A model generated the notes under the pieces. It was not told where the DNA came from, did not search any database, and saw only the letters and a list, made by a program, of their open reading frames with translations. This document shows, one piece after another, positions 58,669-64,000 of a stretch of 64,000 nucleotides of DNA. Position 1 is the first letter of the stretch, and each line of letters opens with the position of its first letter. This DNA is from Epithemia pelagica (Eukaryota > Protista > Bacillariophyta): assembly GCA_946965045.2 (NCBI GenBank), contig OX337235.1, positions 2,480,001-2,544,000 of the forward strand, read 5' to 3'. Made by a program: the position numbers and the translations under genes.

Positions 58669-59977
58669 CCCTCGGTATCAGTGTCCACTGCTTAGCTGTT
58701 TTTTGTCTGTGCCACCTTCACAGGTTCCCAGGTGGACACAGACAGCATTTTTCGCTTTTGATGCAAATAGAAACTATCAAATTGCAAATTGGCACGCATG
58801 CCCAGCTGAACTTTTCGATGTTTGAAACGGACGCAAGCCCAGCAAGCGTCCCCTGCGTGGATGACGGTTGGTTGTTGCATAACTCGAGGCAAGCTCACAA
58901 TTCTCTTTTCTTTTGCCAAAGCACATCGTACTTACTGCTTACGAATGTTACTGGCTTTCCAGGTGAGCTTGATCCATTGCCAATTGCCATGTTGTCAATG
59001 ACATCACTCATGCTCACTACCAATTGCCACTTTTGTTTGCTCTGCTCGTGGGAGACGCTACTCATCTGTTTAGTCGCTGGGCAGCTCATTACTCTCATTG
59101 TTCATTCTTGTCGAACAGAAATGACTGGTTTTTGCTGAGCGCCATAACGTTGATTGCATTAAAAAAACTCTATACTCTAGACATTCTTTTGTTTATTTAC
59201 TAGTAGTAGAACGCCAGTGCTTGTCATCCATGAGACTTTTGAGCCTTGTGAATTCGTTGCAGCTTTGTTCTTTGTTGTGAGCACGACGATGACCCTCAGT
59301 TTCGCTATGAAAACACAACAGAACAGCTCTCACAAGCTTGTACCGCTCACTTTGAGCACTCTGTGTCAACTACCTAGGTAGGATATTATGATAATTGGTC
59401 AGTAGGGTGTGGCAAGATGGCTTCCCATCTATTTGATGCAAAAACAACATCGTTGAGAAATGATTGAGAATGACGCTATGATGAGAGACGAGAGAGAATA
59501 ATCTATCCTATAGAGCATATGACAGTAGCCAAAAAACAATCAAACAACAAACAATTACGGCAAGGAAAAGATATTCCAGTCGACATCTGGCGGCTTGTCA
59601 TCTACTCGTACGAAATGAGACAAAAGTAAAGGATCATGCAAGAACAATAGGAAAGACAGCTGCAGCAGTAATGCGTGAGAAAAAGGGAAAAGAGACAACA
59701 AGATAAGTACTCACCCACGTCATGGTCAAGCATTTGGCTCGGTTTTGTGACAGGTGTCGAGATGATGATGGATGCCCAAATTTGAATCGTGGTGACCCGG
59801 CGAGGACAACCACCAACCGTCAACTGTCACTTGCACGCTGGCCTTGCTTCAACCCTGAGGAATTTTAATGGCTAGACAGACAGACGAAAAACGAAAAATG
59901 CTGTCTGTGTCCAATTGGGAACCTGTGAAGGTGGCACAGACAAAAAACAGCTAAGCAGTGGACACTGATACCGAGGG
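58669..59977. mobile_element. non-autonomous TIR DNA transposon (1.3 kb)
   Basis: 86-bp TIRs starting CCCTCGGTATCAGTGTCC at 58669-58754 and 59892-59977 (2 mismatches). No transposase. TSD unclear (GATT / ATAA). Confidence 0.88.
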
Positions 59978-60209
59978 ATAAGAGTACAGAAAATAAAGCT
60001 AGCTAGCTAAAACAGCGATCAGCCCTAGCTACCCAGTTGCCGGAATAGGTAAAATTCTCTAGTGGGAACCAAAATCACGGGTGTCCCAGGCGCAAAAGGC
60101 AATTTCGCGATGTTCCATTTGAGCAAGTCCCGGTTTGCCTTTGCCGAGTGCCGACCACGTGCATTTCTCTTCTTCGTATTTTTTTCAAGAGCAAGGAAAA
60201 ACAAGAACC

Positions 60210-61446
60210 ATGGCGTCTTGGTTTGGGGAGCGAAAGCTAGCAGTTCTCACTGTTTTAGCCGTTGTTGGACTTTCTCTCGTAGCTTCTGTGAAACTTGGGG
60301 AAAATGAAACGCGAAGCAACTCTTCGGAGAGTATTTGGGAAGCAGATCTCTTCAATCTTCCACCTGAAGGTATTGTTCACCGTTGGCGCAATGCGAACCT
60401 TCGTGTTTCATGTTTGCTTAATGCTATGCTTTGCTTTTGCAGTTGCTTTTCCAGGAGGCGACTGGTTAAATCGAATTGCCACACCAGAAACAGCGTACGT
60501 TGCTGCAAATGGCAACACTTATTCATCGGCATATGCGGCCATGATGGACAATCAACCCCTTTTGCATCCCTGCCGTAATTTCAACGCATATATCAATTCC
60601 ATTTTCCTGCCCAATCGTTGGGCTTCCGGCTTGTCGGATATGTTTGGCTTGGTTTGGGCCCATTACATTTTGTGTTACATTCGCAATTTCATTGGAAGCA
60701 TCATTGTCTACTATGGTGTTGCAGCCATTTTTCATTACTTTTGCTACGTACACCCCATCTCAAAGGAAACTTTCGAAAAAAGAGGGCGTGTTCGACCATC
60801 CAGTAAAATCATGTGGGATCAAGTGAAACTTGCGCAAGCCAGTATGATCTTATACGTCATGTTGCCTGTTGTCGATGAATTTTTGGTGGAGAGTGGATGG
60901 ACACGAGCTTACTTCACCATAGCGGAAATCGGTGGATGGAGCAATTACATCATGTACATGGTTTTGTACTTTGCATTGGTCGAAATTGGTATTTATTGGA
61001 TGCACCGAACCTTGCACACCAACAAATGGATGTACAAAAACATTCACATGCTCCATCACAAGTACAACAAACCCGAAACCCTCACCCCATGGGCCAGCAT
61101 CGCCTTTCATCCATTGGATGGAATCCTACAGGCGTCTCCGTACGTTGGTGCTCTTCCTATTGTGCCCTGTCACTATTTGACGCATTTCTTCCTTCTCTTC
61201 TTTTCCGCGATTTGGGCGACCTATATTCACGATGCAATGGATTTGAACATTGACCCCATCATGGGAAGCAAGTATCACACAGTTCATCACACACATTACA
61301 TTTACAACTATGGACAAGTCTTCACTTTTTGCGACCGTATCTGGGGAACCTTTCGGGAACCTGATGGTCCAACAGGTGTTCCCAATGCTAACAAAACAAG
61401 GACCCGACCGGATTCCGTGCGGGGAGGAAGCAAAAAGAATACGTAG
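60210..61446 (+). CDS. SC5D: sterol C5-desaturase (ERG3/SC5D/DWF7-like)
   Basis: His boxes HRTLH, HMLHHKY and HTVHHTH, plus PWASIAFHPLDGILQA. A GT-AG intron at 60370-60442 joins exon 1 in frame. Confidence 0.92.
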
Positions 61447-61870
61447 GCTCTAAGAATATCGAGCCACATTGCGGTAATGTGTATTTGTCCTTGTTCTTGC
61501 TGTCGTTTGTTGGTGCGAAAGACACAACCAACAAAGAGAAGGATCCTTGCCAGGATTCCAAGAAAATGTCAGGTAGCCGTTTGTATGTTTCTATTCAGTT
61601 GGATTCATATAGTTATTAGTGTCTCATCGAAATCATAGTCATATCAAATAATCATGGGAGTAGTGATGAACAAGCAAGTCCATCTTTGGAATAATGATTT
61701 TTTATCGTCCATAGAGCAGCATTGAGATCCAGCCTTGGGCTCTTTTTTGTGTCTCATCTTTTTCGGTCGCGCTTCTGGTCATCCCACCGTTCACCCCGAA
61801 GTTGGCTCCAGAAGAGATCTTTCGCATTCCACTAGCTGAACGCAGCTCATTGGATCTGGGATCGTCAACA

Positions 61871-62605
61871 ATGAGTTCATATGGGGGTCCATCTGGCGGT
61901 CGTACGCGAGTGGGAACGAAAGTTTTCTTGAATGTGTACGATCTGTCTCCTGCGAACGAATTCTTATATCCTGTCGGATTTGGGCTTCACCATTCCGGCG
62001 TGGAGGTGTTGGGGTCCGAATATAGCTTTGCTTCTGGCGCAGGTATTTTTGATGGAACCCCTAAAGAGGCACCAGGGGCACTCTTTCGGGAGCAGATCTA
62101 CATGGGCTTCTTTGATGGCGGGCAAGCAGAGTTGCGACGCGCCTTGGACGATTTGAGAACCTCGTTTGGACCAGATGATTATCATTTGATTCGGAAAAAC
62201 TGCAACAGTTTTGCCAATGCCTTGTGCTGGGTCCTTTTACGCAAAACCATACCGGGTCATGTCAATCGATTAGCAGATCTTGGTGTCTGTTGTAGCTGCT
62301 TACTACCCAAAAAACTACTGGAAGAAGCACCGGTTGGCGATCCCAATCGAGGAAGGAGTAGTTCAACCGCAGTATCTTCTGGACAGAAAACCAACTCATC
62401 ACATGTAGCTGCATTCAGTGGATCGGGAGCTCGACTAGGTTCTTCGGCAGAAAAGGATAAAACCAGCAGCTGGGGATGGACGTCGACGAACAAAAAAACA
62501 GACGACGATTTGACAGATCGACGAGAACGGGCTCGGAAAGCTGCCTTAGCTCGACTCGAACAAAGCAACAAGGATACCATGAGTCAGAACCAAACCGCAT
62601 CTTAA
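61871..62605 (+). CDS. DESI: PPPDE/DeSI family isopeptidase
   Basis: LNVYDL, HHSGVEV.G.EYSF and YHLIRKNCNSF (His/Cys dyad). Confidence 0.93.
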   Translation: MSSYGGPSGGRTRVGTKVFLNVYDLSPANEFLYPVGFGLHHSGVEVLGSEYSFASGAGIFDGTPKEAPGALFREQIYMGFFDGGQAELRRALDDLRTSFGPDDYHLIRKNCNSFANALCWVLLRKTIPGHVNRLADLGVCCSCLLPKKLLEEAPVGDPNRGRSSSTAVSSGQKTNSSHVAAFSGSGARLGSSAEKDKTSSWGWTSTNKKTDDDLTDRRERARKAALARLEQSNKDTMSQNQTAS

Positions 62606-63568
62606 ATTGTTCTGTGGACACCTTGTTCGGCTAATAACCTTGGTCAAGGACCTATTGTTGGCTTCGTTCCGATCAGTTAGCCAAGACAATCCTAGTAAGT
62701 TTCCGTTGTGTGGGATCTATGTACTACGGTAAGCCCTACTCCTAGAGAATGTCAGGGAACTGAGTCCGTGGGAAAACAGTCCTTCATTCCCGGTCTTTTT
62801 ACATCACCCATCGACAAAACTCCATGAGAGAAGACCTGGCTTCATGAGGAACCCATACGTGCACGACGAGCATCGACTGCGAGCACTTTTCGAAATACCT
62901 CTTACGATGTCGTTGGATACTTACGCTAAAAGATCAAAGCAACCTTTTGTTACCTAGGAGTAACTTCTAGGCAGGTACTCCTACTAGAGGACTGTATCAA
63001 TTATGAATTCTTCGTACTCCTAGGAGTAATATCAAGAACGGGGGTAGACTAGGAGTAGGTTGTATGTTGTATGGCACTTGCACACGTGGACTGACGTACA
63101 CATGTGCAAGCAGCCTGTGTCAGTTGTACTCGTACTGAGTAATGAGTAGAGGAGTAGCTTGGACATCGCAACCGTGCCTTTCTCGTTTCTTTCCGTTCTC
63201 ATCTGTTCGCATCGGCATCTTGTGTCACGTCTGGGTCGTGGAGAAAGTTCCTCGCGAATGACGATCTTTATAACATATACAATTCCCACTTTGAATTAGA
63301 ACCAAGTATTGGGACGGTGCCAAGAACTATTTCTTATAGCGATGCATATGAAAATCAAGTGAGAAAAAGTGAGGAGTGTGCTCTATCCGTTGGTCTTGCT
63401 AATTCATTGGGAGCCGATTTCGTACTAAGTAATCAAGGTCCTCTCACATTTTAACTGAATCGCCATAACAATCTAGTATGAACACCCGGCGTTTCCAAGT
63501 GTATGAACGACCTCCACACATAAACCCCGTTTATTGTGGAAAGTTCCTCTTTGTGCTGAGAGTCCGCC

Positions 63569-64000
63569 ATGACCCCGAGGGCGATCACATCAATGCACGA
63601 TCGACACGGCTATTTGCTGAACGACAGCCCCAACAACGGATCGAATACGAATGTTTATCCATCGATTCGGATAAGCTGTTCGACCACCGGAAAACAGTCC
63701 TGCCACAGCATGCAATCATCATCATGCGAACCAAAGCAGGAAGATATTGTAGACGAATCATTGATCACCCCTCATGAAAATGATGTGCTTTTGGGAAGGT
63801 GCGTTCCGTCTCACCTTGGCGGTGACTGCGTCGAAACTCTCGTGCAAAATCAGTTTCCCTTTCTCTTATCATTTCGTTCATTCGTTGTTTGCAGGGGAGG
63901 GAAAAACAACCAACACTCAGGCAATGAGAAGCTCCGGATTATAGCCCGAGAAGAGTACGGCTCGAAGTATAAGATGTCGTCCAAGAAAGAGAAATCCGCC
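63569..64000 (+). CDS. DUF6824-like protein, 5' part (runs off window)
   Basis: HENDVLLGR|GGKNNQHSGNEKLR motif spanning a probable intron at ~63799-63894. Confidence 0.75.
   Translation, partial: MTPRAITSMHDRHGYLLNDSPNNGSNTNVYPSIRISCSTTGKQSCHSMQSSSCEPKQEDIVDESLITPHENDVLLGRCVPSHLGGDCVETLVQNQFPFLLSFRSFVVCRGGKNNQHSGNEKLRIIAREEYGSKYKMSSKKEKSA

Overview
Eukaryotic nuclear DNA, most likely a raphid pennate diatom (18S sequence, CoDi-type copia elements, DUF6824-like gene, GT-AG introns); this is inference, no search was run. The window holds one rDNA unit (18S-ITS1-5.8S-ITS2-28S, 2901-~9155) whose 18S is interrupted by a 646-bp antisense tRNA-derived SINE-like element with a 14-bp target duplication. 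An 11.5-kb Ty1/copia element (19687-31232, TSD TGGTC) has no tRNA-type PBS; its PBS position is complementary to its own LTR, suggesting self-priming. It also carries an extra ORF upstream of gag, and its gag is split by a nested, internally deleted copia element (24411-29811, TSD ACTGT). There are two degenerate PIF/Harbinger-like elements with accessory genes, two TIR MITE-like elements, a second tRNA-headed element, a foldback palindrome and tandem arrays. Host genes include a bacterial-type FMO (Tmm-like) with a 254-bp internal duplication, a GT49 glycosyltransferase, an HD-domain protein, an ankyrin-like pseudogene, a YqgF-like gene, a triplicated coiled-coil family, a 2OG-Fe(II) oxygenase, a sterol C5-desaturase, a PPPDE peptidase and a partial DUF6824-like gene. 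All homology calls come from motif recognition by eye.
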